Source: Laetmonice hystrix
Taxonomy: Eukaryota
DNA length: 64,000 bases
Reading direction: 5' to 3'
NCBI GenBank assembly: GCA_965235115.1
Contig: OZ249436.1
Coordinates: 22,880,001-22,944,000 of the forward strand
In this document: positions 13,401-26,864 of the stretch, one piece after another
How positions within the stretch are numbered: the first letter of the stretch is position 1
How the letters are laid out: the number at the start of each line of letters is the position of its first letter
Notes under the pieces: model-generated
Database searches by the model: none
The model's input: only the letters and a program-made list of their open reading frames with translations
Told to the model about the DNA's origin: nothing
Translations under genes and position numbers: made by a program

Positions 13401-14763
13401 TATAAGGCCAGGCAGTACATGTTGGGAGCCCTCACTGTAGTGTTTGTTTCAGTCTAAGCTCAGTCAAAACATGTAGGGAGCCCTCACTGGCAACAATATC
13501 AACAGAGATTGCTTACCACTTCACTTTCTTGCCACAAGAAATAGACTACATATTGCAAATGAGCTTTTTTAATGAGTAAAACTCATTTTGACGTGAAGAT
13601 ATAGCCAGAATAGCTCGAGTTCTGGCTAACATGGCGCTATATTTAATTTATGCAAATGAGGGAGCGAGCCAATCACTCTTCTTCTTCTAGGAACCGATTC
13701 CCAGAACCTCCTAAAAATAATTTACATAATGAAAAAAGTCAATTTACAGTTGGAGATAATGCCAAAAGTGACTTACAATGGGTAAGATGGCGGCCATATT
13801 GGATTTATGCAAATGAGGAGTGGACCAATAAGAATATGTGTCACTGCAAAAAGATTGTGTACGTCATTTATCTCCTGAACAGTACTTTATAAGGAGTAAA
13901 ATTCCATTTTGACGTTGAGATATAGCCAGAATAGCTCAAATTCGTGTTAAGATGGCGGCCATATTTAAGTTATGCAAATGAGGGCGCGACCAATCACTCT
14001 CTTTTTTCTTGTACCTTGTCCCAGAACCTCCTAGAAAAAATTAAATAATGAAAAAAGACAATTTACGTTTGGAGATAATGCCAAAAGTGAATCGCCATGG
14101 GTAAGATGGCGGCCATATTGGATTTATGCAAATGAGGGGTGGACCAATTAGAATATGTATCACTGCAAAAAGATTGTGTACGTCATTTATCCCCTGAACA
14201 GTACTTTATAAAGAGTAAAATTCCATTTTGACGTTGCGATATAGCCAGAATAGCTCAAATTCGTGTTAAGATGGCGGCCATATTTAATTTATGCAAATGA
14301 GGGCGCGGCCAATCATTCTTTTTTTTCTTGTGACCGATTCCTCTTTCCCAGAACCTCCTAAGAAAAAAATTATACACTGAAAAATGTCAATTTACGGGTG
14401 GAGATAATGCCAAAAGTGAATCGCCATGGGTAAGCTAGATTTCAGATGGTTGCTGGCGGCCATCTTGGATTTGAGGGTGAAAATGGCCGCCAAATGTCAA
14501 AATAACCCTGCAGATGGATTTCTGACCCCCAAATTAGTTGAAATCCACCTATCACACGTATTTCTAAGTGAATTGGTTCAAAAGTTAGAAATCTACTTCC
14601 GTCAGGTGCTAATTAACATAATTTATGCAAATTAGGGGCCTCTATGCATAGAGACAACTTGTCTCTTTGGATATTTTTTTTCCTTTTGCCCTAAGGACCA
14701 ATCATGCCAACTTAGACATTTGCACTATAAAATGCAGTGTTCACCCCCTTACCATGTCTACTA
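10473..14763. mobile_element. 4.3-kb non-autonomous foldback transposon, Academ-like
   Basis: Ends TAGTAGACATG...CATGTCTACTA, CAG on both flanks (10470-72, 14764-66). Arms over 1 kb; ORFs 10611-10820(-) and 14426-14635(+) are nearly identical. Confidence 0.88.
11445..13490. repeat. 52-bp satellite inside the foldback, switching orientation near 12245
   Basis: Unit GAGGGCTCCCTACATG..GGCCTTATACTCGAGCAAACACTACAGT at 11445, 11497, 11549; reverse-complement units from about 12250 to 13490. Confidence 0.9.
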
Positions 14764-16697
14764 CAGTGGTGGGCGTAAGAAATGGAGACTTTCTTCTTGA
14801 AAAATGAGAGCAGGTGTATACATTTTGACAAGGAAACTAAATTCTATCCTATCCCTATCCCTATCCCTGACCTTAACCCTAACCCCTGCCCAAACATTTC
14901 GTGGAAAGTTATCATGGGGGAAGAACCAGTGAACCAGTAACATTTTGTTTAATGAATCGCCAGCTACTCTCTTTTAAAGGCCTAAATCGCGGTAAGCATC
15001 AATTTTATGATTTATAATCTAACGGCCTCCGGGCTCCGCCACAGGGGAAGCACACATATGCGCGGTGGTAATCTAAATCTTTTTGTCGTCATCAGTTCCC
15101 AGGTATGATGCAATGCTTGTTAGAAAGTTAGAAACCAATGGGAGACATAAAGTCACCAGACGAGCCGGCGAGCTTCCACCACTGGCACCGATAAACTGCG
15201 ACCTCTGGCGGCCGACAGTAGCTCCCCCACCCTTATAAACAAAAAACTTTCACTGTATTACTGTTACCTGTCATGACCATCATACAACGATTCGTTCAAA
15301 ATATCTGAGCGTGTTTTTTGCGGGTTTACTGCTCCCTGAGCTAAACTAGAATATCACTGCTCATGCATTACCCACAGAACCGGGTGATCTTTTCTTAATT
15401 GTTGGGCGAGGTCCTAAAACTGTAGCCTACAGTGTATCTGTCCTCGTTGTCAAGATACTGTAACAACCGCAAGTTTTCATTCCAAAGGGATGTGCACCAG
15501 AGAACTTTCCTAATCGAAAGTATCAATAGCCTGGAGCCACGCCTGGCTCTCTGAAAAGAAACAAGTACTAGAAACTCTATAACACGACCATCAGCAAGAA
15601 TTGCTGTATAGCCAAACAAAGGCTACAGAAGAACAAACCCCCGAATTGAACATCACTCAGTTTACTATTCCTTGCACACATGTTTTCGTGTATCCATGTA
15701 CTAAACGTACTTTTCACTTAAAAGTCCAGTTTATAACTCATGTAACTGTGATGAACAGCAAAATACAAACCGGTTGTGGTGTCGCACAGGATAGCGCAAG
15801 CTTTGCATTACCGTTGACACACTGAGATTTTGTAGCGCTCTCAAGCCTATATAAAAAGTTATTGCGTTATAAAATGTTGGTGTGTCACGCACGATATGGA
15901 ACGATAGCGCAACGATAGCGCAATCAGAAATTCCTGCTCCTGAGGTGGTCTGATGCCGCTATATGTTCATAGCGCAACACCTTATAGCGGAATAGTTTCG
16001 GTGTATCAACAGGAACATGACTAGAGCGCCACAGACTGGCTTCAGACCACGTGACAACCCCCCTTTCCACAGTGATGACGTCATGCGTTCCCGTAATAGC
16101 CCTCGTAATGGCGCATTCGTTTTGCTACTGGTGACACACCAATATCGGAATGATAGCGGCGCGGTTTCGATATAATTGGCAGTGTGTCAACGGGATCGAG
16201 AGTTATATCACTTTTGTTGCGCTACAGTTTATACCGCTTCAGTAGCACTACAATATCGCTTGCCATCACACTTGTCAAGGAAATAAGATACCTGTCTGAC
16301 ATGCATGCTCCTCCCTTTCCACCTTCCTCACCCTAATTATTAGTTTTACCCCTGAAACATGGGAGGGGTCGGGCTTTGTTTCCCAACTACCCCTGCTCTG
16401 GTCTCAGTAAATGGAAGAATCCTGTTACGACTTCAGCTGTCCCAGTCCCGCAGGAAACGTTGCGCTGCCAGTGGCGTCCACTTGTTACCAAGCAACGGAC
16501 TTGTACTGGGTGATGGACGCTTAGTTTGAGTTATAGTTATAAATTCAGGCGCGTAGATCCCTATAAGCACCAAAGCACGTGCTTACACTTTATTTTGACG
16601 ATGAATTTTTTTTTATAGAAAATAGAAATTTACTAATGTGCCCATTAATATATAAATAAGGTGGTTGGGTGCACTGATTAGCAAGCCGCCGAAATAT

Positions 16698-17105
16698 TTT
16701 GGTCGTGGGTTGGTCACGTCAGAATATTATGTAACTTCAATGTCGTCTTTCGGGTGTGTTCAGGTAATGTCATACCATTACGTAACTACAACGTTATCTT
16801 TGGTCGTGGTTTGGTTACGTCAGAATATTATGTGTTCTACAGTGCCATCTTTTGGGTGTGTTCAGGTAATGTCACACCATTACGTAACTACAACGTTATC
16901 TTTGGTCGTTGTTTGGTTATGTCAGAATATTATGTGACTACAGTGTCATCTTTCGGGTGTGTTCAGGTAATGTCATACCATTACGTAACTTCAAAGTTAT
17001 CTTTTGGTCGTGGTTTGGTTACGTCAGAATATTATGTAACTACAGTGTCATCTTTCGGGTGTGTTCAGGTAATGTCATTCCATTACGTCATCGTTTGGTT
17101 GTGGT
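16698..17105. repeat. 101-102-bp tandem repeat, about 4 copies with an internal half-period
   Basis: TGGTCG units at 16700, 16801, 16903, 17005. Confidence 0.92.
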
Positions 17106-17149
17106 CATGATCGTTTGCGGGGAAGGTGGCATGGACATGATATGATGGA

Positions 17150-17597
17150 ATAGGACACGATTTTCTGTCATGTCTCAAAAGATTTCGTGTTGTGTATAAT
17201 TGTACGACAGTTGAGGTGCGCGCGCAGAGAGTTTATGTGCGATATGCTAAGAAAACCACCGATTTCCTACAATAGGGCAGCGATTCTCCAAGATTTTTCA
17301 CGACACGATTTTTTGTCTACGACAGGACAATACGAGTGTTCTCACTAATTACGATTTCCGACGACACGACAAGAAGAACTGTCGTGCGAGAAAGAAATTT
17401 TCAACATGTTGAAAACCCCACAACACGTCAAAACGGATTCGTGTCGTGTAGAATCGTGTTGGCCAACCTCTCAGACTTTACGATAAGCACCAACACAAGA
17501 AAATTTGTTTTGTCTTGTCGTATCTCACATATTCTTGTTGTATCTTTAGAAAATCGTGTAGTGTGAGGCAGGCTTAAGCCTGCCTCACACTACACGA
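17150..17597. mobile_element. Harbinger-like MITE fragment ending in a perfect 44-bp palindrome
   Basis: ACACGA/TCGTGT-rich interior; TCGTGTAGTGTGAGGCAGGCTTAAGCCTGCCTCACACTACACGA at 17554-17597. Confidence 0.6.
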
Positions 17598-18329
17598 AAA
17601 AAACCATTAAGTTTGGACCTGAACTGAGCTTCGTTTTGTGTGGAGTGTTGTGGCAGTATTGGGTTCACAATATCTGAATATTTCAATGTGTCAACAACAT
17701 ATTCGGTGTGGTTTATGTTTGAGGTTATCTGACGGACTAGCCCATGTCATAATCATGCATGCCTATAGTTCAGTTTCTACACGGTGTCTTCCCCGTCCTG
17801 TCAAAGCTGGCCGCTACAACTCCCGTTTTCAGCATGTGAGAACAACTATACTGAACAGTTCTCACGTCACCCTTACAAAGGTTGTATTAATACTGCGGTA
17901 AAAACAAGAAAATTGCTGTGCAAACTGAAGGGGGAGCACGTCCCTCTGACTCTGTGCCCTCCGAATCAAAGCGTGGCAGGCATTTCTAACAATGGTTAAA
18001 TGACCATAAACGTGATGCCAATTAAAAACGTCTTTCTATAGCAAGTCGTACAGTTTGCACGGGCTACAATCAATGCACATCTTAACAACTTTCACACACA
18101 CTTTCAACCTCATGTCATAAAATCTTTTAGAGAGCTTTGTATTAAACTCCAATTAGAAGGTTCCATTTTGTAACCCATTAAAAACAACACCCTGTTTTTT
18201 TAGAAACAGATTTCTTGTTAAATATCTGTTCAACGAGCGTCATCCTCAGACTGTCCGTGATGATTGGGTATACGTTTCATACCAGATTATGTCGTTTTCT
18301 TCAACTATTCTGGAGACATAAGTCATTGT

Positions 18330-18772
18330 AACTCTGCATGAGCTTGAGTGAAACGTGTTTCAAGTGAAAGCTCATATGATTTCCTATCTGTCAATATTAG
18401 ATTTCGGTATCTTGCATCATTTGATATGAGGCAAAACAGTGTTATTATGGTATTATAAAAACAAATATGGCCGCCAAGCCATGCCATTCTGCCGGACCTG
18501 AGAAGACATTGGCATGCACATTGCCCTTCTCGGCACCATATTTGAAAGAAATCGGGATGTTTTCTCCAGGTTCTTGCTCTAATATTGCTGGCAAGCAGCC
18601 ATTTTGAATCACATCAAAAGACTGTATCACGTGCATCATCCTTGTAAACTACCGGATCATTGTGTCAAGTTTCGTACAAGCTGACCCATACACCTCTGAC
18701 AAATTGCTGTCCACGGCCGAACTGACCCCACGGAGATTGAATTAGAATCCAACCTTCCAGTTGGGGGCTAAC
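18330..18772 (-). mobile_element. Diverged HINE family 1 fragment
   Basis: Similar to 34790-35260 and ends TTGGGGGCTAA. Confidence 0.65.
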
Positions 18773-19234
18773 AAATATCTATCGTATCTCCTGTAATAAA
18801 TGTAATGGGCAAACGCTATCACCCAGTCCCTACAGTTTACCGAGATTCTATCAATAATAAAAAAAAGGTGAAGTATATTTAAGTTAACACCATTTCCTCC
18901 CGTTTGCTCTGAAACAAAAATAACTAATCCACAATGCTATATCATGTTCTATCGAGATCCTATACACTGATGAATTATTGTAACTTTGAAAGAAACAGAT
19001 TCAACTGGGGCCCTCAACAGCTTACCATTTACTCCTTTTACGATCTGAAAACAAAATTAATTTGATTAAGGTAACAGAAGCCTTTCACATCGTAGCTGAA
19101 TGTAATTGGATACTGTAGTGATCCCAGTCGGGGCCAAGACAGGCTGATGAAATAGTAACGTGGCAGTCAGTTGATATGGTGAAGATGAGCAACACGACGG
19201 TCAGGGTAGAGCGGGTATCATCGTGTATGTGGCG

Positions 19235-19719
19235 CCGGTGTCAGATGCAATCTGGTCCCCCGTGCAAAATGGTCCTGGCAGACCTAACTGCATTATGCAA
19301 AATGGTCCCCTACCATGCAGTTCGGTCCCCTTATCAGTAAGAAGGGGCTCTATCGACGAATGTATAAATCAGGATGTTTATTTGGATTTATGTGCATAAA
19401 TAGATGTATTTTAAGTGAAGGCACAGTTCGTAAGTCCAGAAATCCCTATAATACTGAATGGGTCGGGGAGCAATGGATGGACCAGCCATGGGACCGTCTG
19501 AAATATGTGACAAGCCAAATACTGCCACTTTTTCATGTATTACAAACTTATAATAATAGTTCTACTCATAATCTATGAGTAATTTTTCTCAGCAAAGATC
19601 ATTAATTTTAGCTAGTACCCTTACGATCTAGTCTCCTATTGTATGGCCAAATATTTTATAATAGTCTCTCAGTGACCCTTTCTGTTTTTTATATTTTATT
19701 ATTATTATTTTATTTTTTA

Positions 19720-19780
<61 letters not shown>

Positions 19781-20030
19781 TTAATTATTATTATTTGAAA
19801 CATCACTGTAAACGAAATAACAAAACTACTTGGTAAAGTTTAGAAAAACGTAAGAGATTTACAATAATAACAATGGGGACCAAAATGCATGGAAGGGGAC
19901 CTGATTGTATATGCAATATGGTCCTGGGGGTCCGTATTGCATATGCAATTTGGTCCCCCTGACCTCATTACATATGCAAAAAGATCCGGCGGACCATATT
20001 GCATGGGGACCATTCCGCATGCAACACCGG
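19235..20030. mobile_element. MITE with CCGGTGT..ACACCGG ends and GGTCC/GGACC subterminal repeats
   Basis: CCGGTGTCAGATGC pairs with GCATGCAACACCGG; repeated ATGCAA.ATGGTCC motifs on both sides; no clear TSD. Confidence 0.7.
19699..19794. repeat. (TAT)n microsatellite
   Basis: Direct reading. Confidence 0.95.
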
Positions 20031-22336
20031 TACTCGACCGGATAGTGGGGTAGATCATAGCCGATCACAGCGCCCTGCACTGTCATGTGGTTCCAGTTTA
20101 GGCTACGCACCCATTGTCAGCCAACATAGCGGACTGACCAATGGGGCGTACGGTATGTGTCTGCCAGGGGCTGTACGTTAGCTCTAAACGCCATCTTGGT
20201 CAAAACTATAAATGTTTAAAAGTAACCGTATGTTTCCTCAGCTTCCCTCATCTCAATAATCGCTGAAGATCGTAAGAGCGGGTTTGATCTGACTAAAAGA
20301 AACGTAAGAGGTATCTGATCAGGTTGACGATGCAGTAAGAAGATCCGCTTTAAGGCTGGCCCCAAGTATCCTCACATATAATAGAATTCTCGTCCAGTGA
20401 CTGGCAAACCATCAACACCAAGAATACAGATTATTAATGTATCAAAGGTGTGGCTCTGAGAGATTTTATATGAAGAGTTATAGATTATTCCCGCCCTGGT
20501 AGCTCCCTTCTCGTCGATAATCTAATGTCTTCTGGTTGCATTGCGCTATGAGAGTCCGGAGGTGGTGTGCGCTCTGTGAGGCTTAGGCTAATCAATTACG
20601 GACCGCTTGGGGCATCACGACTTGACTGATGACTTCAGGGCTTCGCAACATTCTGAGATAATGCAACCAAATTCAATAGAGTCTGCAAGCACCTCTACAT
20701 CCAGTAGTTATGCTACTCGCAAACGTGCACTTCTAAATTGTAGTCTATGATTTCGATGGAATTATTGTTCATTTCAAACAGCTTCAGACAAATCGCACGA
20801 AATGGGTGTTAAAGGATGGCGGTATGAAGCCAGAAGGGGGTCGGGATTTAAAAGGTTTTAGCCATTACGGCCATCTGAACGAAAATAGCTTGACCACAAA
20901 AAGGCTGGATTAGCAACAATTCTTTTGAATATGCTTCAGAACAGTCTAATTCAGGAGTATGTTTGACAGTTGCGCTTGTCGCCTCGTTTCTGATAGCCCC
21001 AGCGTTCTTCGCGTTACCAACGAAGGAAAGAGGTGTCTATAGTAAGGTTAAACAATATCCTCGTACCTTTTCCAGATTCCTCTAAAGTATCCAAGGAAGC
21101 TTTGTCCAAGCAAAGGTCAAAGTAATACATGGACACATTCCAAGAGAAATAATCCACACGAATTTCAGTTGTTTACTCTTACAATACCTGCCTCATTTAA
21201 TGTAGTTTATAACACTTGGCATGGCTTAAGCTTTCCAGGCACAACAGCTTAACTCTAATTACAGCTTTTAGGATAAGCTTTAGGGATGAGCGTCTGGGGG
21301 AGATTAGCCAAGAAACCACTTGAAAGAGCTTCCCTCTAGCAACATTGCAACGACTTGTCTTCATGGTGGTGATCAAATGAATTATGATCTCTTACTGAAA
21401 TAAATAATCGAATTTTCCAACGTGTGGCTGACCTGTATAGCTATCGTTTAGTACTATGTATACTATGATGATAGTACCCTGGATTTTTCTCCGTCCTTTT
21501 GTGACACAAGCAGCTTCTATGATATAACTGTTGCTTTACGACTGTTATATGGCGCTGCCCCTCCAAATCTTATTCATTCCCTAAAATGATCGTTTTCTGC
21601 TATATCTGGATCAATTTTAAAACGTTAAAAAATAACATTGCTCTGTTGAATATAACATATCCCGTATTCATAGTGACACTGATTATGTAGAGTCTCCTTG
21701 GCCCAATCAAAGTAATTAATATGCGCTGTCACAGAGATGTATTCCTCCAAGGTCAAAGGATAAGGTTGCGTATACCGTCTCATTCTCCTTTTAATCGTAA
21801 CTATAGGCTTATCCTGCCCAGTTTTAAAATGTTAATATGTTACCTTAATTAAATTTGAACCTACAAATATAACCTAAGCCTAAGGTTAAAGGGAAATGTA
21901 CCAATAGATTTCGCATATGCGAATTCCTACGCATATTTATATGTAACTATTTTGTACAACAGTAATACAGACAGAGCCCATGGAAAAGATGCACGACCTT
22001 AAATAACCTTTCACCTTTCAGTTGAAAGAAAATAGTGCGAAATGAAACTTCATACCTGTGCCTATGGGGTTATCAAAAACATGTTTCAAGGTATGTGACA
22101 TTGAAAGAATGCACGACTTTGATTTATCTTGCAAGGTCAATTGGCTTAAAATAGAAACAAATCTTTTGTAGAGTAAAATCATGCGAAAGGAAGCTTCATA
22201 TAGAACTTCCTACAAATCTTTGATAGTGACTATGCGGTTATCTTCAACAGTTTTGGAGATACGAGGGATGTATGCCATTGATTGCCCTTTCAAGGTCAAC
22301 AAAGGTCGAAGAAAATGGTTGCAAATGAAAATTCAT

Positions 22337-22397
<61 letters not shown>
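22337..22397. repeat. (TAG)n microsatellite
   Basis: Direct reading. Confidence 0.95.
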
Positions 22398-22398
<1 letters not shown>

Positions 22399-22399
22399 T

Positions 22400-23449
22400 A
22401 GCACCGTTTAGCAGTTACAGCCTTCTGAAAATCCTTAGAAAAGGTCAATGCCGTCATATACATCACCCTACATAATAAATCTTGGTGTCAGTTAAAAGAA
22501 CCTTTCAATTCACGTTCAGCAGTAACTATGGGCCTATCTAGCATCGTTTAACAGTTACGAGCCTCTGGAATTCCTCAGAAAAGGACATCACAATGACGTA
22601 CTGTCACCCGACATAATAAAACTTGGTCTCAATTCTGTCATATCGAGATAGACCTTTTCTCATGCAGCGAGGAGGTAGAAAAGTGACGTTTGGCTTACCG
22701 GAAGTAGATGTGTTTTGGCAACAAACGTGTATTTGACACTGACAGTTTCGGAGTTGTCTTGAAAATCATGGTTTACTACCATTGTGTAGTACCTGGATGT
22801 CCCCTACATAGAATTTGAACAAATCCCTAAAATCCAAGGACGTAACCAAACCAAAACAACACCTCCCAGAATTGAACATTCTGTTTCTCCGTGCGCTGGA
22901 GAGCACTATTAGACCCAACACTGGGATCTCCGAATGGGAGAATGTTCAGTAGTAACCATGGCTCTATCTCGCCCCGTTTTTGAGTTATAGGCCTTAAAAA
23001 TATTGATGACATGTATATTAATGACCTTATTATGACGTCACACTACGTCAGGAATCTTGGTGTCAACTGAAAGACCACGTATGACTTCCTATACGTGTCC
23101 AATAGTAAATATAGCCCAGTTCTCCCAAAGGTCAACGGTCAAATGAAGGGGCAGTTTAAAGTAAGACCCTTGCCTGACGCCATGATGGCTTTTGGAATTT
23201 CTCAATATGAGCTTAAAGAATGGCCTCAATGTACAAAACAAAACGTCACGTGACGTCATGACTGATTGTCTGACCTGACTTTGTCATGGTCAAGGTGTCT
23301 AGGTGCCAAGTTTGATTGAGATATCTTGAAAAATGACTGAGATAGACGTAGTTACCTACTACTACTACTACTACCACTAAAAGAACGCAAAAAAAATACA
23401 ATGTACACAATTTCAAGATGTCATCCCCCTGGATAGGGTGATGGGATAA
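22400..23449 (-). mobile_element. Older, diverged copy of HINE family 2 (left boundary uncertain)
   Basis: 23230-23449 matches 57300-57519 (GACGTCATG, GAGATATCTTGAAAAATGACTGAGATAG, CTA repeats, CATCCCC..GATGGGATAA end). Confidence 0.7.
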
Positions 23450-23668
23450 TTAGAAACACTGATTGCTGATACACGGATCCCTTCCCCTGCTCACGGTCAC
23501 TTGTCAGCGCCTTCTGAACTCTGATATACTAATAGATAACATTTGATAGCAGTGAAGACCACTGTCATACATCATAAAATCTGCTGGAAACTGACCGTGA
23601 TTTGACCGTTAAGTTGCATCCACGGTCAACGGCAATGGTCACAAATGAAAGATGACATATGACCTCCT

Positions 23669-24236
23669 CATTGTGGCAAAACATACTAAGTGAACGCGCA
23701 TTAAGTTAATCCCAAAATGGCGAGCGGCACGTGCGCTTCGATGTTTGTTTCTCGTTCTACGGTTTTATAACGTGTTGTATTGTAAATCGAACCGTGAATT
23801 AAGATTGGTATCTGTTTGGAGTATCTAACTTCTATGTTTTCTAGGCATGTTAACGTCCGTTTGGGCAGAATACGGATTTAGGCCCTCCCAGGAATACTAG
23901 ATGCAATATTCTTAGGCCAATAACTAATCTGGCTATAGTGCGTTCATCTAGTCTGACTGGGAAGAATAATATTTGCGTTCACGCAGTAACTCCTAAAAGT
24001 ACTACCACGAATTTCTTAGCGTACATTTCAGAATATATAACCTCTATACTACATTCCGTGAGAGGTAATCTTATATTACATTCCGTGAGAGGTAATCTCA
24101 GATAAGAATGCATTTACAGCAGCCCACATTTAGGATTATAAGCCGAATTCCTGATGTAAACAAAAACAACCTATGTACCGCTCGCCATTTTGGGATTAAG
24201 TGAACGCCCGGTCACTTAGTATGTTTCGCCAGAGTG
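23669..24236. mobile_element. Transib-like MITE
   Basis: Ends CATTGTGGCAAAACATACTAAGTGA and (reverse complement) CACTCTGGCGAAACATACTAAGTGA, with an inner inverted block TTAATCCCAAAATGGCGAGCGG. Flanks CTCCT/TTCTT duplicate the TTCCT of the host satellite, giving a 5-bp TSD with one mismatch each. Confidence 0.65.
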
Positions 24237-24951
24237 TTCTTATTCATGTTTAACAAGGACCTTTTGATGTCCCGAAAGCTCCCGTGATTGTGAAGTTAGG
24301 AGCGCTAGCTATACATGGTGCTCTTCATGATAGCTTTCAAGGCCCTCGGCCTATGGATATATGACTCTAATATAGCTCCTATTTCCTGGACAGTCACTGA
24401 TTGTCATGCTGTTTTCAAAAGCCAGGGTCTGTTGTCTCAGAAAGGTCAAAGTTCTACGGTCAGAGATGAAAAAATGATACACCCCTTAGAGCGAAGTCAA
24501 TGGACATGAACAAATTTTGGCTACCTCCTCCTGAAGCAGTACGACAAGGCAAGATCCACGTTTTTATGATGTCATAACTCAATGACATGATATTTACTAT
24601 AAACAGTGTCCCATGCCGGTGTAATGGGCCACATGTTCCTTAACCAGGAATTATAGTAATACCTGCACATACCCACCTTATATACTCGTCCAGAACCCAT
24701 GACCAACTTCGCTGACCAATCTATTTATTCTCTCGCAAAACCTCGCTGCATAGCCAGACAGCTGTCCACTCACATCAACTCCAGTGTAAAACAAAGTGTA
24801 TAAATAACCGAAAAACGATCACTTACACCATCGGCCATAAACCAATACCCATCGGCCATCACTTACACCACTGACCATAGCCAACCCCCACTGGCTACAA
24901 ACCAACATCCTGTTGTTCATAACACACATTCTGTCGGCCATCACCCATAAA

Positions 24952-26101
24952 CCTACACTCCTTACTCATACTCCCTACACTACCTACCCAAGTCCTACAC
25001 TTCCTACCCAAGCCCTACACTACTTACCCAAGCCATACACTACCTACCCAAGTCCTACACTCCTACCCAAGCCCTACACTACCTACCCAAGCCCTACACT
25101 ACCTACCCAAGGCCTACACTGCCTACCCAAGCCCGATACGACCTACCCAAGCCCTACACTACCTACCCAAGTCCTACACTCCTACCCAAGCCCTACACTA
25201 CCTACCCAAGCCCTATACTACCTACCCAAGCCCTACACTACCTACCCAAGCCCTACACTACCTACCCAAGTCCTACACTCCTACCCAAGCCCTACACTAC
25301 CTACCCAAGCCCTACACTACCTACCCAAGTCCTACAATCCTACCCAAGCCCTACACTACCTACCCAAGCCCTACACTTCATACCCAAGCCCTACACTACC
25401 TACCCTAGCCCTACACTACCTACCCAAGCCCTACACTACCTACCCAAGCCCTACACTACCTACCCAAGCCCTACCCTACCTACCCAAGCCCTACACTACC
25501 TACCTAAGCCCTACCCTACCTACCCTAGCCCTACACTACCTACCTAAGCCCTACCCTACCTACCCAAGCCCTACACTACCTACCCAAGCCCTACCCTACC
25601 TACCCAAGCCCTACACTACCTACCCAAGCCCTACCCTACCTACCCAAGCCTTACACTACCTACCCAAGCCCTACACTACCTACCTAAGCCCTACCCTACC
25701 TACCCTAGCCCTACACTACCTACCTAAGCCCTACCCTACCTACCCAAGCCCTACACTACCTACCCAAGCCCTACACTACCTACCCAAGCCCTACACTACC
25801 TACCCAAGTCCTACACTACCTACCCAAGCCCTACCCTACCTACCCAAGCCCTACACTTCATACCCTACCCAAGCCCTACACTACCTACCCAAGCCCTACA
25901 CTACCTACCCAAGCCCTACACTACCCACCCAAGCCCGACACTACCCACCCAAGCCCTACACTACCCACCCAAGCCCTACACTACCTGCCCAAGCCCTACA
26001 CTACCTACCCAAGCCCGACACGACCTACCCAAGCCCTACACTACCTACCCAAGCCCTACACTACCTACCTAAGCCCGATACTACCTACCCAAGCCCTACA
26101 C
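24952..26101. repeat. 20-bp minisatellite (CTACCCAAGCCCTACACTAC)n, about 55 copies
   Basis: Direct reading; it produces the spurious 423-aa ORF. Confidence 0.95.
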
Positions 26102-26864
26102 TTCATCAATTTTGTCCGTCCATTCAAATGAACGGACACCACGCCTTGCCGGCGATATCTCCACTTCTCTCCCCCTTGTTTTAGCTCCCGATCTGCCGCG
26201 CGCCATCTTGGTTTGCTTCCTGGGTACGCATGTAGGCCTACTGCGCGGTGACAATCACGTGATGGTCAGGTGACCCAACCTTCGGGAGCGCGGGGCTTCG
26301 GGAGCGCGAAATATCAAAAACTTTTTATATGAGCTAAGCTACCTTCGCGAGCGGTGAAAATGACCTTCGCGCCGACGTACCGCAAAGGGGGGGGGGTGAC
26401 CCACTAGCCGAAGATCGGTCCCGAAGATCGGTCCCGAAGGCTTTAACAGTTTTCACGAATACAACGAATAATGAAGTTACCCTGACCCCCATTATTTCTG
26501 ATACATTCTGTATGGGCTTCCAAATCAGCCTTTGAGTACAAGACAACAAAGGTGGGCCTTTATGTGAGGCCCCGCATATTCATATTGGGTTTTCTTTTCA
26601 GGTATAGATCCTCCTCAAATAATAACACGGTGACACTGAAAAGGCCTCTGATAGTTTTCTGAAAGGCTTTGTTGGACGCGAGTTTTCTGCAAGATGTTGC
26701 CAATTCCTAAGTGGATCAGAACATGACCTCTTTTCAAGGTTTAATATATGCGCGTTCTATCTGCTAGTACCATTCAGATGATTCCATACGGTGGTCTATA
26801 ATGGACTGATTTGAATGTACACGTCACGGAGTGATACGACGGTAACTATGAGGTCTGATCGAAG

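Noticed and set aside
11445..13490. 52-bp array as CRISPR
   Set aside because: Variable parts are diverged copies of each other, the array lies within a TE, and it flips orientation.
14846..14888. Telomere-like CCCTAT/CCCTAA run
   Set aside because: Short and degenerate; more likely part of a MITE end than a telomere relic.
24913..26184. 423-aa Pro/Thr/Tyr-rich ORF resembling an adhesive or extensin protein
   Set aside because: It is a 20-bp minisatellite (not a multiple of 3) whose peptide cycles through all three frames; non-ATG start and no signal peptide.
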